DNA from: a virus
Taxonomy: Duplodnaviria; Caudoviricetes
Strand: one strand, 5' to 3'
Length of the DNA stretch: 64,000 bases
Virus record (IMG/VR): IMGVR_UViG_3300019370_000055
Span: 60,012 to 124,011 of that record
Shown here: in pieces, positions 1 to 9,448 of the stretch
Numbering within the stretch: the first letter of the stretch is position 1
Layout: each line of letters begins with the position of its first letter
Translations under genes and position numbers: made by a program
Notes under the pieces: generated by a model
Database searches by the model: none
What the model was told of the DNA's origin: nothing
The model's input: the letters and a program-made list of their open reading frames with translations, nothing else

Positions 1-64
1 AAGATCGTGTCAATTATATAAATGAAATTTTAAAAGATGATGATATTGAAGTGGAGGTACAATA

Positions 65-346
65 ATGGAAAAGGGTTTTAATGCGGAAAAGTTTATGGCC
101 TATCTGGAGCAGGAATTTAATGGCATGGAAAACTGTATGTTGCGTCAGATTGTGGAAAATTTGATTAACTATGGACACAAGCATGAACAAGTTAGCAAGG
201 ATCAGTTTGTCCAGTGGTTAGCCGACATGATCCCCGAAGTATCTTTTGGTGAAGTTGCCGCTTTTATGGAGGATGATTGTTTGACAGAAAACGGCAAGCG
301 GGAAAAACAAGCAGCCTTAAAGAATATCAAGTGGCCTATGTATTAA
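65..346 (+). CDS. hypothetical phage protein
   Basis: 93-aa ORF with GGAGGT RBS. Confidence 0.7.
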   Translation: MEKGFNAEKFMAYLEQEFNGMENCMLRQIVENLINYGHKHEQVSKDQFVQWLADMIPEVSFGEVAAFMEDDCLTENGKREKQAALKNIKWPMY

Positions 347-359
347 TGGAGGTAGAAAT

Positions 360-614
360 GTGAACTACATAGATAAAGAATGGGCAGAACTTGAGCGGAG
401 ATCAGAAAAGATAGACAAGGTAGAAAAGATTGTACGGACTATTTCAGGTTGGGCAACGGCAATATTCTTTTTCTTGATTTTAGGAAAAGCTGGTGCTTCA
501 GATTGTGGCGCACCGTGGGAAGAAATTTTCCCGTCAACATTTATCTATTGTGGATTGATGATCCTATCGTTTCATATATGGGAGTCCGCTGGAGGTAATT
601 GTGTAAGCAAATAA
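360..614 (+). CDS. small membrane protein
   Basis: RBS, GTG start, two hydrophobic segments. Confidence 0.65.
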   Translation: MNYIDKEWAELERRSEKIDKVEKIVRTISGWATAIFFFLILGKAGASDCGAPWEEIFPSTFIYCGLMILSFHIWESAGGNCVSK

Positions 615-762
615 CGACATACTCAATAAAGGATGGTGGAAACGTGACGTACATTATTTGTGGTATTCCTTGTATTGAAGTTTGTATGGAAAGTGACCAC
701 AAAAAATCATTCTTTTATGCAGGGAGGTATTTTGTAAAACTGTCAGATTATTATGAAGAGGA

Positions 763-1221
763 TTGATTAAAGTGAAATGTTCACAATGCGGAAAAATCAT
801 TTCAAACAAGCGTTATGGAGGATTGTGTCAGGGTTGTTACAAGTATTTCAAAAATGGTGGAAAGATACATGACATTCCAGCAGCGGGAACAATCGCTTAT
901 GACAATCGGGGAAAAATCATATGTCACATTTGCGGAAAATCCTTTGTGCGATTAGGAAGTCATGTACGGGAAAGTCACGGAATGACCATTGATGAATACA
1001 AAGAGCGTTTCGGATTATGTCATAGTGCAAGAACTACAGAACAAAACTATTCTAACATAATGCGGAAACACGCAAAAGAAAATGGAATGGTGCAACAGAT
1101 TTTAGACGCTGGAAAAGGTACACGGATCAAAAAAGGTGAAACACATTTGAGAAAAGGAAAGAAAGTAAGATTGCAAGAAATTATTAATAGCAATTTGCGC
1201 AAGCGGAAAAATCACAAGTAA
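763..1221 (+). CDS. Zn-finger protein with Ros/MucR-like domain
   Basis: CxxC..CxxC followed by IICHICGKSFVRLGSHVRESHGMTIDEYKERFGL. Confidence 0.7.
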   Translation: MIKVKCSQCGKIISNKRYGGLCQGCYKYFKNGGKIHDIPAAGTIAYDNRGKIICHICGKSFVRLGSHVRESHGMTIDEYKERFGLCHSARTTEQNYSNIMRKHAKENGMVQQILDAGKGTRIKKGETHLRKGKKVRLQEIINSNLRKRKNHK

Positions 1222-1261
1222 CTACAAACCAAAATTAACAATTATAAAGGAGAATATTACA

Positions 1262-2377
1262 ATGAATAGACTTAATGTACAGTGGACAGCAAAGACTCTT
1301 GTTAATCAGATGAAGCGTGGAAACGTCAACTTTGACAATGCGGTGCAGCGTGGCCTTGTGTGGGACGTGGAAAAGAAGTCCCTCCTTATTCACAGTATGA
1401 TTTACGGCTATGCAATCCCCGCTATGTATTTCACACGTGACGAGAATAAGATTTATGACAGTCTGGATGGAAAGCAGCGGAGTAATGCAATCTGTGAGTT
1501 TATCAGTGACGAGTTTGCACTTTCCACCAATACGCCTCCTGTTTTTGATGATGATGGAAACGTGGAGGACATTAGCGGAATGACGTTTAGCCAGTTGCCC
1601 GAATGGGTACAGGATCGGATTAACGAGTATTCCCTTACGATTTACTACTATGAAGATATGACGGAGCAGGAGATCAGGGAGTTCTTCAGGCGGTTGAATA
1701 ATGGTAAGCCCTTGACGGCGGTTGAGTTGACCAGAGTAAATACGCCTTGTCTGGTAGTGTTCCAGCAGCTTGCAGGGCATGACGCTATCCAGAATGTTGT
1801 TACAGCAGCGGGCAAAAAGCGGTTTACCGATGAAAACATTGCAATGCAGCTTTATCATATGGCAACTGTGGAAAACCCGGACTTCTCCACCAAATCTTTC
1901 CGTGAATGGGCAAAGTCTGTACAGACTGACGATGATACTATCGGAAAAATCCAGTCTGGCCTTGACGCTTACAGCGCATTCCTTGAGAGTCTTGATCCTA
2001 CCGATGATAAGAAAATCCTTCGGGCAGTAAAGACACGGACGCATTTTGTAAGCTGTGCTTACTATTGCTATCTGGCAGTACAGGAGGAAAAGACGCAGGA
2101 CGAGATTAACCAGACGTTGCGGACGTTCTTTAGCGGAAATCCTTCTACTTCCGATGATTATAACAAGACTGTCGGTAGTGGTAGTGCGAAGCCCGGAGCA
2201 GTTCAGACACGGCAGCGGATTATGCGGGAATTGGCTGGTGTAAAGGTGCGGGAGGAAAATAACGTAGAGGATCAGAATGCAGTACAGGATCAGGAGCCGT
2301 TGAATGATGGCGAAGCGGAAAATCATGATGAATCTGGTGAGCAGCTTACTATTACAGATGGAGAAAAGCAGGAGTAA
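1262..2377 (+). CDS. DUF262 (ParB/Srx superfamily, GmrS-like) protein
   Basis: VQRGLVW, LDGKQR and FRRLNNGKPLT motifs. Confidence 0.85.
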   Translation: MNRLNVQWTAKTLVNQMKRGNVNFDNAVQRGLVWDVEKKSLLIHSMIYGYAIPAMYFTRDENKIYDSLDGKQRSNAICEFISDEFALSTNTPPVFDDDGNVEDISGMTFSQLPEWVQDRINEYSLTIYYYEDMTEQEIREFFRRLNNGKPLTAVELTRVNTPCLVVFQQLAGHDAIQNVVTAAGKKRFTDENIAMQLYHMATVENPDFSTKSFREWAKSVQTDDDTIGKIQSGLDAYSAFLESLDPTDDKKILRAVKTRTHFVSCAYYCYLAVQEEKTQDEINQTLRTFFSGNPSTSDDYNKTVGSGSAKPGAVQTRQRIMRELAGVKVREENNVEDQNAVQDQEPLNDGEAENHDESGEQLTITDGEKQE

Positions 2378-2610
2378 GCTATAGCGGAAAAGCTGACCTA
2401 TCGGCTATACGGGGAGAAAGGAATTAAACAATGCGAAAAATATCTAATAAAGAAAAGATTATTTATCAAAATCAAAATGGGAAAATTATTGCCATTGAAA
2501 ATATGATGTTTGGTGGAACACGATATATCTTACTGAATGCAGATGGAAATTATGTACAAGATTTAATAGTTCCATTTGCTGTAGCAGATTATTTATGAAG
2601 GAGAATTAAG

Positions 2611-2811
2611 ATGATTAGATGTAATAATTGCGGAAAAATATTTATGAATGAAGAAGATATACCTATTCTTATTGAATGGGAAAACGGGGAAACAAAAATA
2701 TTGGAGGTTGGAAAATTTACAAAGCCCGGAGGTGAGACATTTAGAGGCTGTCCGCATTGTATGACGGATATGTATTTGATGGATATGGAGGATAATGAAA
2801 ATGCGAGTTAA
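2611..2811 (+). CDS. small Zn-ribbon protein
   Basis: CNNC...CPHC; RBS. Confidence 0.6.
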   Translation: MIRCNNCGKIFMNEEDIPILIEWENGETKILEVGKFTKPGGETFRGCPHCMTDMYLMDMEDNENAS

Positions 2812-2995
2812 AACGGTTTATGTCAAAGACAAGCAGCGTCTTAATTTGAGCAGTTTTCCGAATTTCAGTGTGACAGGCAGTATTGCGGGAATGAAGAAAA
2901 AATACTATGGTGAGGACGCATTACTTGTTCGTTGTGGCAGTTGGATTTATAACGTAACCAGTAGACCAGACATTTACTATGGTGAGGCACATTAA
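2795..2995 (+). CDS. hypothetical phage protein
   Basis: ORF with GGAGG RBS. Confidence 0.6.
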   Translation: MKMRVKTVYVKDKQRLNLSSFPNFSVTGSIAGMKKKYYGEDALLVRCGSWIYNVTSRPDIYYGEAH

Positions 2996-3012
2996 ATAAG
3001 GAGACTGGAAAA

Positions 3013-3213
3013 ATGGATCGTATCAAATTAGGTATTAATCATGAAAAGTTGGCAGAGCAAGGTTGGAGTTTTGAAGATTGGAGCGATATTTATTCTTACA
3101 TAAGCGGACTTGTGGATTGGCTGGAAAGTCACAACAAAAATTACACAAAAGAACAATATCATAAGATTGTTATTTTAAAGGAAATTCTGGATTGTATTGA
3201 TTATGGAGTATAG
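3013..3213 (+). CDS. hypothetical phage protein
   Basis: ORF with RBS. Confidence 0.6.
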   Translation: MDRIKLGINHEKLAEQGWSFEDWSDIYSYISGLVDWLESHNKNYTKEQYHKIVILKEILDCIDYGV

Positions 3214-3242
3214 GCAGTAATGCCAGAAAGGACAAAGTAAAA

Positions 3243-3446
3243 ATGGATAGATGGACGAAAAAACAACTTGAAGAAATGAACGATTTAGATTTTGCGATTT
3301 GTATTTTGACGGAGCGGAGAAATAAAGTAAGCCCTTATTCTCCATTAGGTTTGAAATTAGATCAAGCACGACGCACATTAAATAAAATAAGAAATGAAAA
3401 GGTTGGTATGTCATTATTGCCTATAAGGGAGGAATTGGAAAAGTGA
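3243..3446 (+). CDS. hypothetical phage protein
   Basis: ORF with RBS. Confidence 0.55.
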   Translation: MDRWTKKQLEEMNDLDFAICILTERRNKVSPYSPLGLKLDQARRTLNKIRNEKVGMSLLPIREELEK

Positions 3447-3646
3447 CCAGTATTGTATATCAAGATAGAGTTGGCGGTTTAATGTACATATATCAACCTA
3501 AATATCCAGCACAGCGTAGTTTGTTTGAACAAAAGCGTACAGAACGGATTATTGCAGCACTGGAAGAATTAAAGCATATTGGAAACATTAATGTCTTTCT
3601 TTATAAGAAAGGTAAGTTGCGGAAAATTGCAGAACACAAAATATAG
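3443..3646 (+). CDS. hypothetical phage protein
   Basis: ORF coupled to the upstream stop (GTGA). Confidence 0.55.
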   Translation: MTSIVYQDRVGGLMYIYQPKYPAQRSLFEQKRTERIIAALEELKHIGNINVFLYKKGKLRKIAEHKI

Positions 3647-3656
3647 GAGGTTTAAA

Positions 3657-3812
3657 ATGCAAGTATATATTGTTTGTGGCGGTTGTGTAGACGATCATCA
3701 TATCATTGCTGTGTATAAATCATAAAAGAAAGCGGAAAAGCGTGTAGAGCAGGAAAATAAAGAATGCAAAGGGCTTCATGCTTATATTGAAGTATATGAA
3801 ATTTCAAAATAG
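3657..3812 (+). pseudogene. small ORF with premature TAA
   Basis: GGAGG RBS and ATG at 3657; in-frame TAA at 3723; frame continues to TAG at 3810. Confidence 0.5.
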
Positions 3813-3826
3813 AGGAGGAAATCACA

Positions 3827-4063
3827 GTGGATAGTATTAAAGCTATGGCAATTTTTACAGAAATATTAAAGGCCGGAAATGTGGATCAACATATGGACGA
3901 AATTAAAGATTGTTGCAATAATATGTTAAATGATGAATTAAGAAATGTTGCATTGGAATTGATTAAGTCAGTTTACACGAACTGTAGATTGAGTGTTTAC
4001 ATGAAAGTATTTTTAGATACAGCTATTGAGTTAGACGAAAAATATGATACACAATATCAATAA
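3827..4063 (+). CDS. hypothetical phage protein
   Basis: ORF with RBS. Confidence 0.6.
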   Translation: MDSIKAMAIFTEILKAGNVDQHMDEIKDCCNNMLNDELRNVALELIKSVYTNCRLSVYMKVFLDTAIELDEKYDTQYQ

Positions 4064-4099
4064 TAAAGTAAACCGCATAGCGGAGAAAGGAAAATTATA

Positions 4100-4546
4100 A
4101 TGGCAACTTATAAGGTATTAATTAACACGGACAACTTCACGCATTTTCCTTGTAGCAAAAAGAATTGGGAGCCGGGAACAATTAATGATTTTATGATGGC
4201 TATTAATGGCTGGAAAAGTACAGAACATAGCCTTCAGGAAGTTCGTTGGAGGATTGAGTTATTTTTCAAACACGCACATTATCATTGTGGAAATCAGCAT
4301 TGGGAAAAGTGGTTTGACCAGAAAAAGAACAAGATTAAATATCGGGATCGTCTTTGTGAATTAGATAGAGTGGATGATATTTCTGTTCCGGGATTTGCAC
4401 AGGGATATGTAGATATTGAAGAATTGCTGGAAAAGTTGAAGGCAGAAGGAGTAATTCGTATTCCGTTTAATATGGGTTATGATATGCGGCAGCGTGGGAG
4501 TAAGGCTTATAAAGGATGTTATATGGAGATTAAGAAGGTGGCGTAA
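4100..4546 (+). CDS. hypothetical phage protein
   Basis: 148-aa ORF with RBS. Confidence 0.7.
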   Translation: MATYKVLINTDNFTHFPCSKKNWEPGTINDFMMAINGWKSTEHSLQEVRWRIELFFKHAHYHCGNQHWEKWFDQKKNKIKYRDRLCELDRVDDISVPGFAQGYVDIEELLEKLKAEGVIRIPFNMGYDMRQRGSKAYKGCYMEIKKVA

Positions 4547-4872
4547 TGGAACGTAGAAAGCGTTATCAGGTTAGACATAGTAAAAATGAACGGATTGGAA
4601 TATTAACTGGTCTTTTAGATTGTGAAGGAAACGAGATTAAGACTGGCGATTATATTAAAGTAAAAGGAAAACATTACGATGGTATAGTTTTGTGGCATAG
4701 GGAGCAGAAATGTTTTGGGGTTTTCTTTGGCCTTTGGTATCTTGACAGAAATCCATATAATGCAGATTGTTATGGAAAGTTTGTTGATATTCCTAACGAT
4801 CAAGGTATGCGAATGGAATTGTTACCCATAAGCAAAGATGAAATTACATATGATAAGGAGAATTTGAAATGA
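4546..4872 (+). CDS. YopX-like protein
   Basis: TGLLDCEGNEIKTGDYIK resembles the YopX TG.D.NG.EI.EGDI motif. Confidence 0.6.
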   Translation: MERRKRYQVRHSKNERIGILTGLLDCEGNEIKTGDYIKVKGKHYDGIVLWHREQKCFGVFFGLWYLDRNPYNADCYGKFVDIPNDQGMRMELLPISKDEITYDKENLK

Positions 4873-5105
4873 ATACCAATCTGATTGATACTATTAAAAG
4901 AGATTGTGAACATTGGCAGCGAATTAAAGATGGTGGGTTTTATCATCGTCTTTGCCTGAATGAATGCGCTAATAGTAAGGAAAGTGGTTTGTACCAGTTG
5001 ATTTTGAATGGTATGGAATTGTGGTATGGAACCTTGCAGGAAATTAATGCAGTAGTAAAGTCTATGATTGCTTTGATTGAAAAGAAAGATGAATACGAGG
5101 TTTGA
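4869..5105 (+). CDS. hypothetical phage protein
   Basis: coupled ORF. Confidence 0.6.
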   Translation: MNTNLIDTIKRDCEHWQRIKDGGFYHRLCLNECANSKESGLYQLILNGMELWYGTLQEINAVVKSMIALIEKKDEYEV

Positions 5106-5299
5106 AAATGGAAAAGACAATTTTTGGTGGTAGGCCAAAGAATCCAGTAGCCTACTGCGCCCTTCATTGTGGATCACTAACCGTAAAAGAAATGAAACGT
5201 AAAGGCTGTCTTGGAAAACAGTGTTGGCATTTGCAAAAGAATGAACAGCATGAATACTGGAAACAAAGAGAATTGGCAAAGGCCAGAAAGGAAAAGTAA
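5102..5299 (+). CDS. small Cys/His-rich protein
   Basis: CxxH..C..CxH. Confidence 0.55.
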   Translation: MKMEKTIFGGRPKNPVAYCALHCGSLTVKEMKRKGCLGKQCWHLQKNEQHEYWKQRELAKARKEK

Positions 5300-5300
5300 T

Positions 5301-5603
5301 ATGAATGACGAAATCTTCTATGTTTTGATGGACGATCATATTGTTACTCGGCATGAAGTTGATATGGCATTCTATGTGACGCATGGTTATCATAATACGT
5401 ATAGGCATGAGCAGGAATTTTTGAAGTGGTTGTATTCTTTGTTGGGGAAAACTATTAAACAGTTAATCCCGGAGTATGATATGCAAGTGGAAAAACTGGC
5501 GCAGAGTCGTCCGATTCTTGCGGTGAAATTGTATCGGGATCGTTATGGATGTACTTTGAGGGAGGCCAGAGAATATGTGGAAAACTTGAAAGATAAGTCT
5601 TGA
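5301..5603 (+). CDS. protein with C-terminal bL12 (L7/L12)-CTD-like motif
   Basis: AVKLYRDRYGCTLREAREYVE resembles the AIK.VR..TG.GLKEAK..VE motif. Confidence 0.5.
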   Translation: MNDEIFYVLMDDHIVTRHEVDMAFYVTHGYHNTYRHEQEFLKWLYSLLGKTIKQLIPEYDMQVEKLAQSRPILAVKLYRDRYGCTLREAREYVENLKDKS

Positions 5604-5628
5604 CAATAACGATATAATCAATTATAAT
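5600..5628 (+). promoter_or_regulatory. consensus sigma-A promoter whose 17-bp spacer is the repeated operator
   Basis: TTGACA-ATAACGATATAATCAAT-TATAAT. Confidence 0.85.
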
Positions 5629-5667
5629 CAAAGGTAGAAAATTAATTAGGCGAGGTATTGAAAAGCT

Positions 5668-6009
5668 ATGGATAATATAAAAGAAGTCAGATACTTTGAA
5701 TGTACGTGCAGCGGATGTGATAAGGTTGTCAAAAATAAGCGTGGTTGGACTGATCTGCGAATGAATGGATGGAAACAGATAGGAGAAAGGCTATTATGTC
5801 CAGACTGTTATAGTCCATTTGCTAATCTTAATCCACAAATAGGCGACAAAGTTCAGTGTTTGCTTAAATCTGATTCATGGAATAGAATGGAATTTGGAAA
5901 AATTTATAAAGTATGTGAACTGGTAAAGAATGATCCCGGAACAATTTATGTTGATGTTGGTGATGGATGGCAGCGTAAATTGGTTCGTGGCGAATACCAG
6001 ATGGCATAA
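5668..6009 (+). CDS. Zn-binding hypothetical protein
   Basis: CSGC...CPDC. Confidence 0.6.
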   Translation: MDNIKEVRYFECTCSGCDKVVKNKRGWTDLRMNGWKQIGERLLCPDCYSPFANLNPQIGDKVQCLLKSDSWNRMEFGKIYKVCELVKNDPGTIYVDVGDGWQRKLVRGEYQMA

Positions 6010-6020
6010 GGGAGTTACAT

Positions 6021-6407
6021 ATGGATAATTTAACGCTTGGACTTATCTATGCTGTTAAACATAGTGGAAAATCTGCAAAAGAATCCATCATTAATTTTCT
6101 TTCTGAATATACTGGAACACCAAAGGAACATTATTCTGATAGTGAACTGGTACGGATAACTCGTGATGCTTTTGTGGATTATTTAAAAACTGCGGATAAA
6201 CCAGCTTTTGATGTGTGGCAATACTTTGATGCAAAGCGACAGCAGGAAAACTTCAAAGACGTTTTTCCAGAGCAACAAAAGAAATATGCGGAACGTGATG
6301 GAAAGATGGACATTGATACTGAAGCTATTGTTTCTGCATTGCGGTTAAGTCATGTTCAGGAAAATGGTAAATATATAAATGGATTTAGGGAGTGGAATAA
6401 TGATTAA
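6021..6407 (+). CDS. hypothetical phage protein
   Basis: ORF with RBS. Confidence 0.65.
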   Translation: MDNLTLGLIYAVKHSGKSAKESIINFLSEYTGTPKEHYSDSELVRITRDAFVDYLKTADKPAFDVWQYFDAKRQQENFKDVFPEQQKKYAERDGKMDIDTEAIVSALRLSHVQENGKYINGFREWNND

Positions 6408-6570
6408 ACAGTGGGAAATAACAGCAGAAATTAATATGGATGCTTCAAGATATAAGACTGTAATTGTAAAAGCAAATACTGAAAGAAAGGCCAGACAATT
6501 TGCAATCGAAAAGCTAAAAAAAGATGGTGCATTTTTTGTTACAAATATTTCAATTAAGCAGATTGCTTAG
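6400..6570 (+). CDS. hypothetical phage protein
   Basis: ORF; ATG after GGGAG. Confidence 0.5.
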   Translation: MIKQWEITAEINMDASRYKTVIVKANTERKARQFAIEKLKKDGAFFVTNISIKQIA

Positions 6571-6582
6571 AAAGGAAATTTT

Positions 6583-6792
6583 ATGAAAAAGGTTACTGGA
6601 TATATAAGCGTTCGTGCTTTGGGATGTTACGATTTTGAGTTTTACGTAGACGATAATGCAACGGAAGATGAAATCAAGCAGAAGGTTGATGATGTTGCGG
6701 AAATGTCTATGGACTATCATGTTGAAGAAGGATATATTGCAGAGCAACAAACTGTCTATCGGAAAAAGCAGCCTTGGGAGGATAGAAAATGA
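6583..6792 (+). CDS. hypothetical acidic protein
   Basis: ORF with RBS. Confidence 0.6.
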   Translation: MKKVTGYISVRALGCYDFEFYVDDNATEDEIKQKVDDVAEMSMDYHVEEGYIAEQQTVYRKKQPWEDRK

Positions 6793-7150
6793 AACAACCA
6801 ATTACAAATTATCTTACGCTTATCGAAAGAAGAAATAATCCAATCGAAAAATTCTATTCAAGATATGTGTTAAGATATTTCATTGATACAGATGTATTTA
6901 CCGCCGTAATAAAAAACTTGGTGGATATACTTATAATCTTTCTGTTGGTAAAATTGGCAATGTTACTATTTTTAGTGGATACACATGGTTGTCTGTGAGT
7001 GAAGTTGACTCTTACGAAGATGGCGATATGTGGGCTAAGAAGTTTGAAGAAGCATTTTTTGAATACATGAATGAAAACAATCAAGAATTAAAAGAAAATA
7101 AAATGCTGTCGAGTTTTGGTATAGAATAACATAATGAAAGGAAACTTAAC

Positions 7151-8174
7151 ATGAATATTCAGGAAGTCTTGAGCCGCCCGGAATATCAATTCATTCAGAC
7201 CAACCCTCATCTTGGGGGGGTCGATGCTGTTTGCAACATTTGGTGGTAGTCATGCGTATGGTACAAATAAACCTACGTCTGATATTGATATACGTGGATG
7301 CGCTCTAAATTCTAAAAGCGATTTGCTTGGAAGAACAAACTTTGAGCAAGTTCTTGACAAAGATACAGATACTACAATCTACGCATTTAATAAGCTGATT
7401 GGTCTATTGGAAAATTGCAACCCTAATACAATCGAAATGCTCTTTTGCAGACCTGATAGCTATGTGTTCTATCATCCTATTGGAAAAATGATGATTGAGC
7501 AGCGTGATATGTTCCTTTCGCAGAGAGCAGTTCAGTCTTTTGGTGGCTATGCTAATCAGCAGCTTCGGCGGCTTGAATGTGCGGTTGCTCGTGATCGTCT
7601 GCCACAGGCCAAGAAAGAGGAACATACTCTTAACTCTATGAAAAGTTCTCTCAAACATTTTGAAAGCAAGTACACAAAATTTGATAAGGGTAGTATCGTT
7701 CTTTATACTGCGGAAAGCCCTCGTGAGGAATGTGATACAGAAATCTTTGCTAATATTACGCTCTCTCATTATCCAGCACGTGAGTTTAACAGCATCATGA
7801 ATGAATTGAGTAATGTGCTTGGCACATATGAAAAGCTGAATCATAGGAATCATAAGAAAGATGAAGAACATTTGAATAAACACGCTATGCACCTGATCCG
7901 TTTATATCTGACTTGTATTGATTTGTTGGAGAATGGAGTGTTTTCTACTTATCGTGAGAAAGATATTCCTCTGCTTATGTCAATTCGTAATGGTGCATAT
8001 CAGAATGAGGATGGTACATATAAGCAGGAGTTTTTTGATATGGTAACTGACTATGAAAATCGTATGAAACACGCCAAGGAGCATACTGTTTTGCCGCCAA
8101 AGCCTAACTATAAGCAGATTGAGAAATTTGTGATGTATGTAAATGAAGAAGCGATAAAAATTACTGGAGGATAA
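7151..8174 (+). CDS. Pol-beta superfamily nucleotidyltransferase (RlaP/YcgL-like), frameshifted at G7 tract 7214-7220
   Basis: GGSHAYGT..SDIDIRG motif; ATG 7151 with RBS is in frame with the body only if the tract is G6. Confidence 0.85.
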
Positions 8175-8177
8175 TAT

Positions 8178-8336
8178 ATGCGGTGGCTTGGGAATTTTGT
8201 TGGTGAGGAACAGGTTGTAAGAAAATTTGCATTCTTACCAATTAAAGCTAATGGGGAATGGTGATGGTTGGAATTTGTATATGTCCATCAAACTTGGCAT
8301 GGAAGTTCATGGTACAATGATTGGTTTGAAGATTAG
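8178..8336 (+). pseudogene. small ORF with premature TGA
   Basis: RKFAFLPIK..GEW*WLE; TGA at 8262, probably from CGA. Confidence 0.55.
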
Positions 8337-8345
8337 GAGAATATT

Positions 8346-8615
8346 ATGATTGCAAATGTAGTAATTGAAAAACCTCTTGTATCGCCAGAGTCATTATTGG
8401 CATTAGATCAAGAGGATTGGGAACATATAGAAAAAGAACAAACTTTATTTACAGAAACCAGATGCTTACCAGCAATTATGAAAGAGGCCGGAATTGTATC
8501 GTCTACAAATGAAGTTCGTAGAAATAATCAAAAGTACAATATAACACTGGAAAAACCAGATTGTATGATGATTAAATGGGGAAAGAAATTTCTGTTCGTT
8601 GTTGTAGGAGAATAG
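8346..8615 (+). CDS. S4-like RNA-binding domain resembling the TyrRS C-terminus
   Basis: LPAIMKEAGIVSSTNEVRR...IKWGKK. Confidence 0.6.
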   Translation: MIANVVIEKPLVSPESLLALDQEDWEHIEKEQTLFTETRCLPAIMKEAGIVSSTNEVRRNNQKYNITLEKPDCMMIKWGKKFLFVVVGE

Positions 8616-8616
8616 A

Positions 8617-8982
8617 ATGAAAAATAAAATTCGTGTAAAATATTTTAATCAAAAAGGATTTCGATTTAATTGCAGTAGTTTTAAAGACACTTTTCGTTAT
8701 CCAATTTATAGGAATGTTACTATTTCAAAATCGGTAAATGGCGTATGTTGGTGGTTTGATTCAGAAAACAAATGGTTTAATTGGGATGATGCTATTAGAT
8801 TAGGGCTGTTGGATAAAAATAGTCGTGGTTGTTCAACCCACAGCAGAGAAATTCGTAGCGTAAAAGCGGCTATTCGTCATGCCAAAAAGCATTGTGAACT
8901 TCCCATTGGAACTGTGCTTACACTTTGTTCAAATTTTGTTGGCATAGGAGTTGAGATAAGTATTATTGGAAAAATAGATTGA
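8617..8982 (+). CDS. hypothetical phage protein
   Basis: ORF with RBS. Confidence 0.6.
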   Translation: MKNKIRVKYFNQKGFRFNCSSFKDTFRYPIYRNVTISKSVNGVCWWFDSENKWFNWDDAIRLGLLDKNSRGCSTHSREIRSVKAAIRHAKKHCELPIGTVLTLCSNFVGIGVEISIIGKID

Positions 8983-8999
8983 TAAATATGGAGGCAAAC

Positions 9000-9254
9000 A
9001 TGGAAACTAAATTTGATTTGACTTTTATAGAGGCTATGAACGCTGTATTAGCTGGTAAGTATATTCAAGGTGAGAATTTTATGTGGAATGTTTATCTTGC
9101 CGCAAAGGATGGAATTGTGATGATTAATTCTTTTCATGGTGATGATATGATAAAATATCACGTAGATGGGAAACTTTTCATTACGAATGGCGTACTTTCA
9201 CAGAAATATAGGGAAGTTTCAGTATTGAATGAAAGTGGACTGTTTCATATGTAA
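9000..9254 (+). CDS. hypothetical phage protein
   Basis: GGAGG RBS; LTFIEAMNAV N-terminus. Confidence 0.55.
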   Translation: METKFDLTFIEAMNAVLAGKYIQGENFMWNVYLAAKDGIVMINSFHGDDMIKYHVDGKLFITNGVLSQKYREVSVLNESGLFHM

Positions 9255-9448
9255 TTAAGGAGAATTGAAATGATTCAAATTGATATGGAAATGCCTACTG
9301 ATTGCAATGTATGTCCTTGCTGTCAGTCAAATGTGCATTTCACTCATTTTAGCTGTGGCATAACAGAAGATGATGTTGTAGATGATGAAACAGGAGAGAT
9401 TTTTAAAGATCGTCCGTCTTGGTGTCCGTTAAAAGAGGTATAGATACT

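Noticed and set aside
5606-5622. The 17-bp operator as a target of the pentamer guides
   Set aside because: Manual comparison of the dinucleotide strings with the motif (one-base gaps, both strands) gave no convincing match; a full computational search was not possible
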